DNA from: Octopus sinensis
Taxonomy: Eukaryota
Direction of reading: 5' to 3'
Length of the DNA: 64,000 nt
NCBI RefSeq assembly: GCF_006345805.1
Contig: NC_043008.1
Coordinates: forward strand, 57,536,001 to 57,600,000
Both the position numbers and the translations under genes were made by a program. Positions 10,716 through 23,357 of the stretch are shown here, in pieces. The notes under the pieces are model-generated. The model was not told where the DNA came from and did not search any database. It was given only the letters and a program-made list of their open reading frames with translations. Every line of letters starts with the position of its first letter. The stretch's first letter is position 1.

Positions 10716-13070
10716 GTCTGTAAGTGTTATTATTGAAATTCATAAAGTTATTTTGGAGAATAAATTTTAGGCCCTTGATGATGAATTCTCTTTTTATTCT
10801 TTCCGGGATCTCATTGGGATATTTATCCAGCCAGAATTTAATGACTTCCAGTCCATATTCATGTGGGATCGTAGTGTAAAGGTTTATTACATCAAAGGAG
10901 ACGATTAAAGTGTCCTTATCGGAATGTTTGGGGAGATGATTTAATAGGTCCAGGTCATCTCTTACAATACTTGGAATGTGTTTCAGTATTGGTTTCAGGA
11001 TGATATCGATAAAGTTGCTAAGTCTGTGTGTTTCACAGTTTGGGGCCTGCCACTATTGGTCTCAGTTTGAGATCAGTGGGATGTGGTATAGCGATGCAGG
11101 TTGAAGTGGACTTTTTGCAAGCTTCTGTAATAATTTCACCCTTGTGTATTTTTGGAAGCCCATAGAGCGTACTGGTTTTGCAATTAAAGTTTATGTAGTC
11201 GCATTCCTTTGCTGTTAAGTCATTCCGGTGTTGGTAAATGACTGCCTTCAATTTGGTCATTGTTTTGGATTGCTGGTAGTCGACTACTCTTTCATAGTAT
11301 GTGGTATCCTCTAAAAGGTGAGATACAGAGTTTTTATATTGCTCAGTATTCATAATAACGACCGTACTACCCTTATCTGCTTCCTTTATTGTGACGTCAT
11401 GATTGTCTCGTAGCATATGGGTGATTTTCCCATTCCCTTTTACTGGTGTTGGGTTTAGGTTGTGGAAATTCACTATAAGAGAAGTTTGAGATGTAGTCGC
11501 AAAATTTGTCTAAGGTTTTGTTTCTGCCTTTTATGGGATTATAGCTGCTTTTGTTACGAACCTTGATTCGTCGTTATTAGTTTCTTTGTCAAAAAATTCC
11601 TCTGTGAGGCGTAATTTCCTGCAAAAGTGTGAGATGTCATCCTGTATTTTTCTCAGGTTAGGGTATTGCGGGGTTGGAGTGAATTTTAGTCCTTTTGAAA
11701 GGATTTCAATTTGTTGTGTTGATAGGTTTAGGTTTGAGAGATTCACTATTTTTGGTTTTTCGGGGTTGGTATCTACCATCTAGTGTCATGGAAACTGATG
11801 CCCTTGCCTAAAAAATTATTCCTGCGGGTTCTTCTGTCTGCAGTATTTTGGTGTGTGTTGTTCTTTACCCCGTTGATATGTTGTCTGCTAAAGAGGTTTT
11901 GGTTGTTCCAGAGTCTGGGTTGTTGGAGTGACTTACTGGAAGAGTTTTGGTTATTCCAGGGTCTGGGTTGTTCGTACTGGGTGTAATGTTGGTTCCTTAG
12001 AGTGGGTTGGAAACCACATTCATGGTCTAGAGGTGAATTCTTATATGTTGGGAGGGAACTCCGAGTTTGGAATGGTTTGGGTTGGGATCTACAATCATAG
12101 TTCAGAGGTAGATTCCTATGAGGTGGGTAGGATCTCTGATTCTGGAGCAATTCTTGTGTGGGCTGGGGTCTACATTGTCTGGTAAAGTTTTGTCTTGTGT
12201 TGGTGGGTGTCTGGGTTCTTTTGATGGGGTTGTAGTCCTGTTATTGTTGCTGTCAAAGTTAGGGGTGGTGTGTGTTTTGTGATTTGTTTTCTTTGCTTTT
12301 GGTGAGATATGTGAATTGAAGTTAATTTTTTAAAATATGGGTTGCTTGTACGGTGTTCATTTTTGAACTCTGTTTCATAATTGGCGAACCAGCTGTTTTT
12401 TTCTATTCGTTGGAGGGATGTTAGTTCTTCATCCTCGCAGTTTTTTCCCCAGAGTTTGGTGGTTTTATCAAAGAGTGCTCCTTCACAGTGTTTTGAGATT
12501 TCAATCTGCATTTCATTGTCAAGGGTCTTGAATTTTTCTTCACTAGCATTGGCTCTGAGCTGCAATAGTTCTATTTCTGTTTTGAATTTTTCGAAAGCTA
12601 GTTTCTCCCTGAGTTTTTGTTGATTTTCTGGTTCATTTCGGATGGGCTTTATTTGCAGTTTTTTGGGTAGGATGATTGGGGCGGAGTTGAGCCACTTTTC
12701 ATAAATGTCTGCTTTGTTATTATTTTTTATGAAGTTCCAGGAAGCAAATTTGCGTGCTTTGAGATTTTTAATCCAGGTGTTTTTAACTGAGTAACAGTCT
12801 GTAGTATGTTCCTGCTTTGGAGGTATTGTTGTCTCTATAGATTTGATTAGATTTTGTAATGTAGGGGTGATGTCAGGGGTTTGATTGGCTGCTTTAGCCT
12901 CTAGGAGTCCATATATATCAAATAAAATTAAAAACAGAACACAAAGGATATCGCAGTACATGTGTTTCAAGCTTTATGATCAATCCGTTATTACATCAGT
13001 GTATTATTGATATAAAAGATGGTTTAAAGCTCTCTTCAGCCACAAACATTGTTAGTCCAAAGAATTACAT
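10716..13070 (-). mobile_element. Second, different Penelope-like element (5' region, long N-terminus and partial RT)
   Basis: IVNLSNLNLS...LSKGLKFTPTP, KEADKGSTVVIM, YGLPKIHK, LRPIVAGP and SFDVINLYTTIP. A hammerhead motif lies at the 5' end. Confidence 0.85.
12952..13044 (-). ncRNA. Type I hammerhead ribozyme-like motif (Penelope-associated)
   Basis: TGTGG-CTGAAGA-GAGCTTTA...TAAAGCTT-GAAAC-ACAT-GTA-CTGCG. The core is intact, stem II is 8 bp and stem I is wobble-rich. Confidence 0.7.
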
Positions 13071-13213
13071 CACAGAGATGTACTTGCATAGCAAGTGATT
13101 TGATCTGAGATCGTGTGCTGAAACGAAAACAATTGCAGCGTGGAAGGTGTTTGTAAGCCAGTTAAGAAACACACAAAAGCCGTTCGATTCACTTCAACAT
13201 TTAAGTTTAATTG

Positions 13214-13258
13214 GTCAAAATATTTTCGTCGCTTTAAGACCGTGACCTGTTCACTGAC
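13214..13258 (-). ncRNA. Minimal hammerhead-like variant (G3-C8)
   Basis: GTCA-GTGAACA-g-GTCAC-ggtcttaaa-GCGAC-GAAAATATTT-TGAC. Confidence 0.45.
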
Positions 13259-14214
13259 AAAAATCCGTGCTGCATCTGAGAAAGTAACAGTTCGTTATAT
13301 ATATATGTATGTATGTATGTATGTATGCATGTATGTACATACGTGCGCATGTGTGTGTGTGTGTGTATGTGTATATGCACGCACACACACTATAAACTTA
13401 ACGCTATAAACCTGTAGTGATGGATAGGTGTAGACTGACCACTCATTACATCAAATTTCAAACCCCCCCCAAAAACTAGGAAGTGATTTACGACCCTTAC
13501 CCCCACAACAAAACTCTAAAACCTATTATCAGCCACTTATCTCTATATCTCAAAACTTTTGTTTTACTTTTACTTTTCTTTTTTTTTCCTTTACATTTAG
13601 TTAGTTCAAGTTATATATATCTACGTATGTATGTGTGTATGCACATACGTACGCATGTGCGTATGTATGTGTGTACATGTACGTGAGTATCTAGGAGAAT
13701 GGGCAGACGTCTGTGTGTGCGTGTACTGGTATGTGTCCGTCCAAGTTGTGTACATGACTGTTACTTTGTTGAAGGTTGTATATATACACACATGTTTATA
13801 TAGACGCACACACACATATGTGTGTGTGTTTGTCCCTCATCATCATCTAACGGTGAATGGATACAACGTTTAGGTGCAACTGTGCACATATAGCCATATA
13901 CATATACACAAGTACACACAATCATATAGACACACTCATATATGCTTATTCACTTCTACATACAAAATACGACACAGTATTCAAGGGCAACGGTTAAAAA
14001 TCGAACATGCATTATATTAACCTATCTGCTCTTTTTTTTATATATGCATAAACGCATACATACATCCATACATACTCATATGTGCATTTTTTTATAGCAC
14101 CACATACGTACCAAACAACGTACGCTCATACGGTTACATATAACTGCACATAAGTGTTTTAGCACCACGCATTTCAACATGTATGTAAGGATTACATGTA
14201 AACGAGAGAGAGGG

Positions 14215-15690
14215 GTGGTTATAGAATGGTCCTCCTGAATGGGATTTGGATGTCACTCCATTCGGATTTTCGGTTGAGAGTAGGTTTGTATTCTTGTATG
14301 CAAACAGCTTCTGTGACCTGTCTCAACATTGCATCGGTGGGATGTGTTGATAGGATGTTTAACTTAAGTTTCCCTAAGGATCCCTTGTGGCAGTCTACAG
14401 CATGCTGATAGAAGATAGTTTGGTTTCTTTTCAATGTAGTTGTCCAGATGTTCTTTGAACCTATCATTGATACTCCAAGAAGTCTCACCTATGTATGGCT
14501 CTGGGTTAGTCGCGCAAGCTCCTTCTTAGCACTCAATTTGGTATACAGTGCCCTTGGTTTTGCAGTTCACATGTGGGTTCGTCTCACCTATGTATGACTC
14601 TGGGTTAGTCGCGCAAGCTCCTTTTTGGCACTCAATTTGGTATACAGTGCCCTTGGTTTTGCAGTTCACATGTGGGTTTGTCTCACCTATGTATGACTCT
14701 GGGTTAGTCGCGCAAGCTCCTTCTTGGCACTCAATTTGGTATACAGTGCCCTTGGTTTTGCAGTTCACATGTGGGTTTGTCTCACCTATGTATGACTCTG
14801 GCTTAGTTGCGCAAGCTCCTTCTTGGCACTCAATTTGGTATACAGTGCCCTTGGTTTTGCAGTTCACATGTGGGTTTGTCTCACCTATGTATGACTCTGG
14901 CTTAGTTGCGCAAGCTCCTTCTTGGCACTCAATTTGGTATACAGTGCCCTTGTTTTGCAGTTCACATGTGGGTTTGTCTCACCTATGTATGACTCTGGCT
15001 TAGTCGCGCAAGCTCCTTCTTGGCACTCAATTTGGTATACAGTGCCCTTGGTTTTGCAGTTCACATGTGGGTTTGTCTCACCTATGTATGACTCTGGCTT
15101 AGTCGCGCAAGCTCCTTCTTGGCACTCAATTTGGTATACAGTGCCCTTGGTTTTGCAGTTCACATGTGGGTTTGTCTCACCTATGTATGACTCTGGCTTA
15201 GTTGCGCAAGCTCCTTCTTGGCACTCAATTTGGTATACAGTGCCCTTGGTTTTGCAGTTCACATGTGGGTTTGTCGAACGTACTGCACAATTACTTTGAC
15301 ACGTGATTCTATCAAATGGATATGATCTGCATAATGCAGATTTGATAGTCCTACCTGTCTTTTCTACAACCTTGATTTTTAAGGCCAGTAATGCGCAGGA
15401 TTTTCTTGAATGCCTTAGCTCGTTCTTAGGTGTGGCATCAACGAACATTACCCCGTGAAATTTCCTGTTATCATACCAAGTATCGTTTCTCTTCCTTTTG
15501 TTGGTGTCTCTCTCTAACCTATTCCAGAACTTGTTGCGGTATAGGGTGGCATATACCATTTTCGTCGTCCCTTAGAATGCGTTCGAATCTTGCTTTCGCT
15601 CTTTTGTGCACTCTGACTCTATCGTCTTGTGTGTATCCGGAGCATTGCATTCGGAATATGTAGTGCTGCATGTGTTGTTGTCGTTCTTGT
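14215..15690 (-). mobile_element. 3' part of a Penelope-like element with an amplified GIY-YIG segment
   Basis: GVMFVDATPKNEL, IKVVEKTG, VYQIEC...YIGET and RQVTEAVCI...LNRKSEWS. Related to 8404-10560. Confidence 0.85.
14482..15275. repeat. 99-bp tandem repeat, 8 copies, encoding NPHVNCKTKGTVYQIECQEGACATKPESYIGET
   Basis: gtctcacctatgtatg recurs at 14482, 14581, 14680, 14779, 14878, 14976, 15075 and 15174. Confidence 0.95.
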
Positions 15691-16764
15691 GGTTGGCATA
15701 GTGGGTTCATTTCTTTAGATGCTACATTAGACATAAAGGCCTTCACTACCCTTATAGAAAGCCAGAAGAAACCCCAAGTTATATTGGTTAAATTTTTACA
15801 CCCACAATTAAAGTTAACCACCTCTAACCCCTGCAGCAACACGAAAAGCCACCATTATTCAAACAGTGCAACCTGTCTATCCCATAAAACTCAATTTTTC
15901 CCATATTCCTCACCATGGCAACCAAACGGTAGCCCCGAGTGACTTGCAACCCTCCTCACACCATTGCCCACCCCATTTTACTCCCCAGTGTAAATTTTGG
16001 CACCAATCCGACCCCATCTACCGCCCCTTCAACCATTCCCAACCCAAAATGAGACAAATAACCAAGAAATCAAAAAACTTTTTCACATTTCAGCTTTAAA
16101 AGATATTGATTTATATTCAATGTTGGCTTAAATGTAATTTGTTGAATTTTCACTTTCATTGTTTAAGATCATGCAATTTTATTAAATGAAATTTTATAAT
16201 TTGCATCAAATTGTTTGAATTGTATTTATATTCTTTTCCCAAATGTGTAAAGACAAAAAAAAAATAAAATAAGGTCTTCTGGAAAATAAAATCATTGTTT
16301 CAATTTAATTATTGACTTCTGTTTTTTTTTGTTTTGTTTAACATCGTAGTCTTCCCAGAAGCAAGCAGACAATGGTGTGTTGCTCCTGTCTCTATTTAAG
16401 TGTTAAATCTCTTGTCTAATGTAGTACCAATTACATGTCCCTCCATCCACTCAACTAGTTGTGATTTGAGATCTGATCCTCCAACCCATCAGGGAATTCC
16501 TAACTTCAAACAGGAATCAGCTCGGACCATGACAACCAGCACCAAAAAAGCAGGTGTCAAATGATTTTTGAAGATCATTCATTTATTTGCTTCCTTTTAA
16601 AGTATTATTTTGATTTAAAGGAACAAGTCTTGGGTTGACCAGGCCAGTTTGTCTGTGGGGGAGAAAAAAAAAAGAAATATTAAACTCAAGTTTAAGCAAA
16701 CTTCATTTTAATTCTTTAATATTCAGATTACTCTGTCAAAGTGAATAAGTATGTGTGGATATAC

Positions 16765-17120
16765 TTTTACTCTTTTACTTGTTTCAGTCATGTGACTGTG
16801 GCCATGCTGGAGCACCGCATTTAGTCGACCAAATCGACCCCCAGGACTTATTCTTTGTAAGCCTAGTTACGTATTCTATCGGTCTCTTTTGCCAAACCAG
16901 CATCAGTTGTCAAGCGATGTTGGGGGGACAAACATATATACACACATACATATATACAACAGGCTTCTTTCAGTTTCCGTCTACCAAATTCACTCACAAG
17001 GCTTTAGTCAGCCCGAGGCTATAGTAGAAGATACTTGCCCAAAGTGCCACGCAGTGGGACTGAACCTGGACCCATGTGGTTCGTAAGCAAGCTACTTACT
17101 ACACAGCCACTCCTACGCCT
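16765..17120 (-). mobile_element. tRNA-derived SINE family A (CORE-like)
   Basis: Head GGAGTGGCTGTGTGGTAAGTAGCTTGC...GGTTCAGTCCC, a CCTTGGGCAAG-like core and tail GACTGAAACAAGTAAAAGA. More than 15 full or partial copies occur in the window. Confidence 0.8.
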
Positions 17121-18466
17121 ATATACTTCATCATCGTTTAACATCTTTGCATGCTGGCAGGGAGACTCCAACTGTCTGTTGTGGCATGATTTCTATGGCT
17201 GGATGTTCTTCCTGATGGAAGTGTGCTGGGTGCTTTTAACATATCTTATCAAGTACAGCAAATAGCCACATTTCCTGGTCCCTTCTCATTTCCAGTCATT
17301 TGAACAAAATGATGAACTTTCTTGTACTCAATAACGTGGGTTACTTCGTCAATGAAAGAAATGCTTATTTATTCAAATTCTTTTGAAATACTGCAATTGG
17401 AGTGTCAGAGACACATGTTAGCCATTCAGAGACATTTTAACACCATATTACAAACAAGTTCTTTTATTCTTTTAATTGTTTCAGTCATTTGACTGCAGCC
17501 ATGCTGGGGCACCGTCTTTAGTCGAGCAAATTGACCTCAGGACTTATTTCTTTGGTCTCTTTTGTTGAACTACTAAGTTAAAGGGACATAAACACACCAG
17601 CACCAGTTGCCAAGTGATGTTGGGGGACAGATACATACATACATACACACACATATATATATAGGGCTTCTTTCAGTTTCTGTCTACCAAATCAACTCAC
17701 AAGGCTTTGGTCAGCCCAAGGCTATAGTAGAAGACACTTGCCCAAGATGCCACACAGTAGGACTGAACCCGGAACCATGTGGTTGGTAAGCAAGCTAAAT
17801 GTTTAACCCTTTAGCATTTGACCAGACCTTATTCAGCCCAATTATTCTACCTGCTTTATATTCAAGCTAACCAGATCCATACTCTCACACCTACCCCAGG
17901 ATGTCATTCTAAAAATAAAGCAATCACATTACTCAAATCGCAAAAAAATAATAATAAATGCACCCTTTTAAAGCCTAGCCAGGCTCATGGGCCCGGTTTC
18001 AATGGCGTATGTGTTCCCCAGCTGGATGGGACACCAGTCCATTGCAGCGTTACTCATTTTTGCCAGCTGAGTGGACTGGAGCAACGTGAAACGAAGTGTT
18101 TTGCTCAAGAACACAATGCGTTGCCTGGTCCAAGAATCGAAACCACAATCTTACAATCATGGTGCTGACACCCTAACCACTAAGCCACGTGCCTCCACAC
18201 TGAAATCTCAAAGCTATGAGATAATGCTTGATTAATTCAAAACAATGTAAATAAATAATAAATCTCTGAACGAGGTATAAACAGTAAGTGCATGACAATG
18301 TGAGGTATACTTGCCATTTCAGTATGGCTAACCACTAAGGGTGGGTGTTACTGTAGCTTGTAGCCCCAGGAGAACATCGTCTCCAGCTGGCTTTAGGCAC
18401 ATTTTCTGTGCCCTTATGGTATTTGCAAAGGGAGGTCATCCTTCCCTCGTCAACCTAAGTGATACA

Positions 18467-18507
18467 CACGGACTACAGTTTCTGGGTCTTGACCCGTCAT
18501 CAGGTAA
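18467..18507 (-). ncRNA. Truncated hammerhead-like motif
   Basis: CTGATGA-c-GGGTC-aa-GACCC-a-GAAAC-TGTA-GTC. Stem I does not pair, probably because it is truncated. Confidence 0.45.
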
Positions 18508-19009
18508 ATAAAGAAGCATTAGATTTGACAGAAGTAATCTGAATGCTTAAGTGATTAAGTGAAGACAGCCATTCAGAAATACACAAAGACTTAACACATG
18601 TGCCCTTCCTAACGCCAACCACTCCGTGAGTGTAGTGGGTGCTTTTTACGTGCCACCCACCAACACAGCAATCAATTTAGTTTCAACACATGGTCCCTGA
18701 TGGATCGAAACTCTTGCCTGGGAAGTACACCTCTGTCTTTTGAATTAATCATGTATTATCTTGTAGATTTGAGATTACAATTGTTTATCTTTAGAATTGG
18801 TAAGTGTGAGAGGTCAGATTTGGTTGAATATCTGGGCCAGATGCTGCTAGTCTAAGTACTAAAGGGTCAAACAAAATAACTAAGTAATACATGTATTTTG
18901 GGTTTCATAACATGGAATGGGGGTGTTGTATGACAAACTCTGTCAGATGTGGGGGAAAAACAAAAAACATGTAGGAATACTGGTGGTGGTGACTGATGCT
19001 AAAATATAT

Positions 19010-19735
19010 TTTTTATTGCCCACAAGGGGATTAAGTTGATTACATCGACCCCAGTGCGTAACTGGTACTTTATTTATCGACCCCGAAAGGATGAAAGGCA
19101 AAAGTCGACTTCGGTGGAATTTGAACTCAGAACGTAGCGGCAGACGAAATACCTATTTCTTTATTGCCTACAAGGGGCTAAACATAGAGGGGACAAATAA
19201 AGACAGACAAAGGGATTAAGTTGATTACATCAACCCCAGTGCGTAACTGGTACTTTATTTATCGACCCCGAAAGGATGAAAGGCAAAAGTCGACTTCGGT
19301 GGAATTTGAACTCAGAACGTAGCGGCAGACGAAATACCTATTTCTTTATTGCCTACAAGGGGCTAAACATAGAGGGGACAAATAAAGACAGACAAAGGGG
19401 ATTAAGTTGATTACATCGACCCCAGTGCGTAACTGGTACTTTATTTATCGACCCCGAAAGGATGAAAGGCAAAAGTCGACTTCGGTGGAATTTGAACTCA
19501 GAACGTAGCGGCAGACGAAATACCTATTTATTGCCTACAAGGGGCTAAACATAGAGGGGACAAACAAAGGGATTAGGTCAATTACATTGGTCCCAGTGCG
19601 TAACTGGTACTTTATTTATTGACCCCGAAAGGATGAAAGGCAAAGTTGACTTTGGCGGAATTTGAACTCAGAACATAACGGCAGACGAAATACGGCTAAG
19701 CATTTCGCCTGGCGTGCTAACGATTCTGCCAGCTC
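19010..19735 (-). repeat. Tandem array (~185 bp x 4) of SINE family B
   Basis: cccagtgcgtaactgg recurs at ~19050, 19235, 19421 and 19592. The SINE head is at the 19735 end. Confidence 0.9.
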
Positions 19736-20501
19736 GGATGCTAAAATAGTCAACAGAAAAAGATATTTTAGTGTCAGCTCAGTGGTTCCGAGAGCATGTC
19801 TTGGCACAGCTATTTCATAGTCTCAGAGCAGAACAGTGTTCCTTTCTCTGCAGTTTTAAATCTACCTATACATACACATGAACACTCCCTCTCTTTCTCT
19901 CTAAAAGTGGAACAAAGCAAAAGGTAACAAAAAATACCTGTTCTGAACTACCCTCTTTTTTACCATTTGATTGATCTGTTGAGCTACAGGCGGTTTTCTG
20001 TAAAGAAATGTTTGTTAAATTTTTAATTATTTATTTACATACCTTTATTTCAATAACAGCATATTTTGTAATAGCTTAACACAGAAGCACAAGTTTCCAA
20101 TAGGAAACAGAAAGACACAAACGCTGGTTGCAGGATATTAACATAATCTTAAATATTGATGGATGTTTTGTATAGGAAAGGCAATAAGATTCTACTAAGT
20201 AGATTGTCAGCATTGGATGCAAGCATAGCTGTGTGGTTGAAAAGTTTGCTTCCTGACCACATGGTTTTTGGTTCAGTCCCACTGCATGGCACTTGAGCAA
20301 TTTGTCATTCTTCACTTATATTTTCAATTAATTGAAATTCAAGGGTTGTCTCCTCTACATTTTTTTTTTGTCCACAATTAGTCATTCCTATAAATCTTTT
20401 CAAGAAATATAGGGGATACAACCCTTAAAATATAGCATAGGTAGTCATTAATACCATGCGGTTGGGAAGCTAGCTTCTCATCAAACAGCCATGCCTGCAC
20501 C

Positions 20502-20536
<35 letters not shown>

Positions 20537-21506
20537 ATATAACGTAATGTTTTAAATATGCCGTAAATGGTATTTTTACATACTGAACACTACTTGGTAA
20601 AATTATTAATTAATAATTAATTAATTTTACCCTTTTATTATTGACAATATATATATATTAGAAGGATGACCACTAAGTTGACATCCATTATGCTAGATGT
20701 AGACCCCCTATGGTCTGACCACTAAGAAAAGATTGTTCTCAAGAAAATTCAGCAAACACCAGAACAATTATTATTTAAATTTATATGTATATTACTCTTC
20801 TACTTGTTTCAGTCATTTGACTGTGGCCATGCTGGAGCACTGCCTTTAGTCGAGCAAATCGACCCCAGGACTTATTCTTTGTAAGCTAAGTTACGGGGAT
20901 GTAAGCGCGCCAGCATCGGTTGTCAAGCGATATTGGGGGGGACAAACACAGACATACATACATATATATATATGTATATAGTAGAAGACACTGGCCCAAG
21001 GTGCCACGCAGTAGGAATGAACCTGGAACCATGTGGTTTGTAAGCAAGCTACTTACCACACAGCCACTCCTACGTCTAATATATATATATATATATATAA
21101 AACATAGAATGGGCTTCCACACAGTTTCTGTCTACTATAAACACAAGGCCTGACATTTGAGGGAAGGGGGATAGTCTATTACACTGACCCCCAGTGCTCA
21201 AATGGTACTTATTTTATGAACTTTGAAATGATAAAATGTGAAGCCAACATCAGCAAAATTTCAACTCAAAATAAAATCCAAAGAACTGTCGCTAAGCAGT
21301 TTGTCCAGTGTGCAAAGAACTCTGCCAGCTCACTGCCTTTCTGTGACCATTAGGATAAATAGCAGGTGAGTGCTTCAGTTAAATTAATTTACTATTAGTC
21401 TTTCCAACTTTGTGCTAATTAAAGAACTTGTTATAATTAGCAGTTTTGTGGATTGCAGTTTTCACTTCAAATGAGTCGACCCAACACATTTTATTCCTAT
21501 TTCTTT

Positions 21507-21864
21507 CTAGCAGTATCACCCGGCGTTGCTTGGGTTTGTAAGGGAAATAACTATATAAGCATTTTTAGAGATGTAAAGTATAATAGCCATCTCAATATGG
21601 CTAACCACAAAGTGGGGTGTTACTGTAGCTTTTTACGTTCTGAGATTTAATAATACATTTTTAGAGAGTTACTTCCCTTATATAATAGCAAAAAAATGAT
21701 GGTAGATGTTTTTTTAAATCGTAGACGCGCTAATACCCAGAAGGGCTCGATATGAATCACGACTATAAGATACCCGCTGTTGGTTACACTGCACCGCAAA
21801 ATGTGGGAGTAAGGAATCTAAATCGTAGGAGACAGACACACAACTTCACTTTTATATATAAAGA
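21507..21864 (-). mobile_element. Non-autonomous Helitron-like element
   Basis: 5' TCTTTATATATAAAAGTGAAGTTG and 3' hairpin CCCAAGCAACGCCGGG...TACTGCTAG. Related to 48928-49321. Confidence 0.7.
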
Positions 21865-23126
21865 TTTCCTACCACCATCTCTGAAGGGAAAGTGATCAGC
21901 TGATCTGATGGCCAACAGATGCAGTGAAGGCTAGGTTTGGCAGTGAGAAATCGGTCAGAGAACATTTAGTGGTCAGTGACATGGGTAGGTGATGACATTG
22001 ATATTAACTGGTGCAGACAGGTTGTGAATAACAAACATTTCAGTTAGTCTACGCAAAATGTCGGCGTGTAGGGTGAGTTTAACAAGCAAGAAGATTTCAC
22101 CGAATTGAATTCACTGAGGTACATAACATCAAGCAGTGATGAATAATGACAAATATCCTCAATAAAGAACAATAATAAGCCGAACACCTGATGGTAGTCA
22201 GTAAGTGTTAGGGAGTGGCTGTGTGGTAGTAGATTGCTTACGAACCACATGGTTCCGGGTTCAGTCCCACTGCGTGGCACCTCGGGCAAGTGTCTTCTAC
22301 TATAACCTTGGGCTGACCAAAGCCTTGTGGGTGGATTTGGTAGACGATAACTGAAAGAAGCCCGTCGTATATATACATATACATACATACATATATATAT
22401 ATATACACACATAGGCGTAGGAGTGGCTGTGTGGTAAGTAGCTTGCTTACGAACCACATGATTCCGGGTTCATTCCCACTGTGTGGCACCTTGGGCAAGT
22501 GTCTTCTACTGTAGCCTCAGGCCGACCAAAGCCTTGTGAGTGGATTTGGTAGACGGAAACTGAAAGAAGCCCGTCGTATATATATATATATATATATATA
22601 CATAGGAGTGGCTGAAAAGTTTCAACCTAGTGCCATTTACCCAAGTGGGGAGGCACATGGCTTAGTGGTTAGGGTGTTGGACTCATGATGGCAAGTTTGT
22701 GGTTTCAATAACTGAACTGGGCAACACATTGTGTTCTTGAGCAAAACACTTCAATTCATGTTGCTCCAGCCAACTCAGCTGGCAAAAATGAGTCCCAGTA
22801 TTTACTTTTTAAAGTTAGGTGCTTGTTTTATCTTTTGCTGAACCACTAAGTTATGGGGGAGATAAACAAACCAACACTGGTGTCAAGCAGTGGAGAAGGA
22901 GCAAATACAAATACACATATATAATGAGCTTCGACACAGTTTCTATCTACCAAATCCACTCACAAGGCATTGTTTGGCCCAGGGCTATAGTAGAAGACAC
23001 TTGCCCAAGGTACCATGCAGTGGGACTGAACCTGGAACCATGTGGTTGGGAAGCAAACTTCTTAACCACATAGCCATGCTTAGACGGTTTTTTTCTTTTC
23101 CTTGGATAAATTTTTAATTAAAAGAC

Positions 23127-23276
23127 TTACTTTTTTTCATTCTTTCCTTTGAAAATTTTGGAGACGTCCAATTGGTTTGGCGTTACCGAGAGAGAATCCC
23201 TCAAATCGTGTTCGTAAGTTCTTCCTTGGGAAACATCAGTTTGAATACGGCTAGGAGCATATATGTTAAACCATTG
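23127..23276 (-). CDS. TPGS2: TPGS2 exon 7 (terminal): QWFNIYAP...NQLDVSKIFKGKNEKK*
   Basis: ctaacAG acceptor. Matches the remembered human QWFSMYKP...NKLDPSKVFKSKNK. Confidence 0.85.
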   Translation of the reverse strand, partial: QWFNIYAPSRIQTDVSQGRTYEHDLRDSLSVTPNQLDVSKIFKGKNEKK

Positions 23277-23357
23277 CTGTTAGTGAACAGTTGTAAATAG
23301 ATTAGTAATGAAAATCAAAACAAGATAGCTTCACACAAAACAAAATAACTTCATTAA

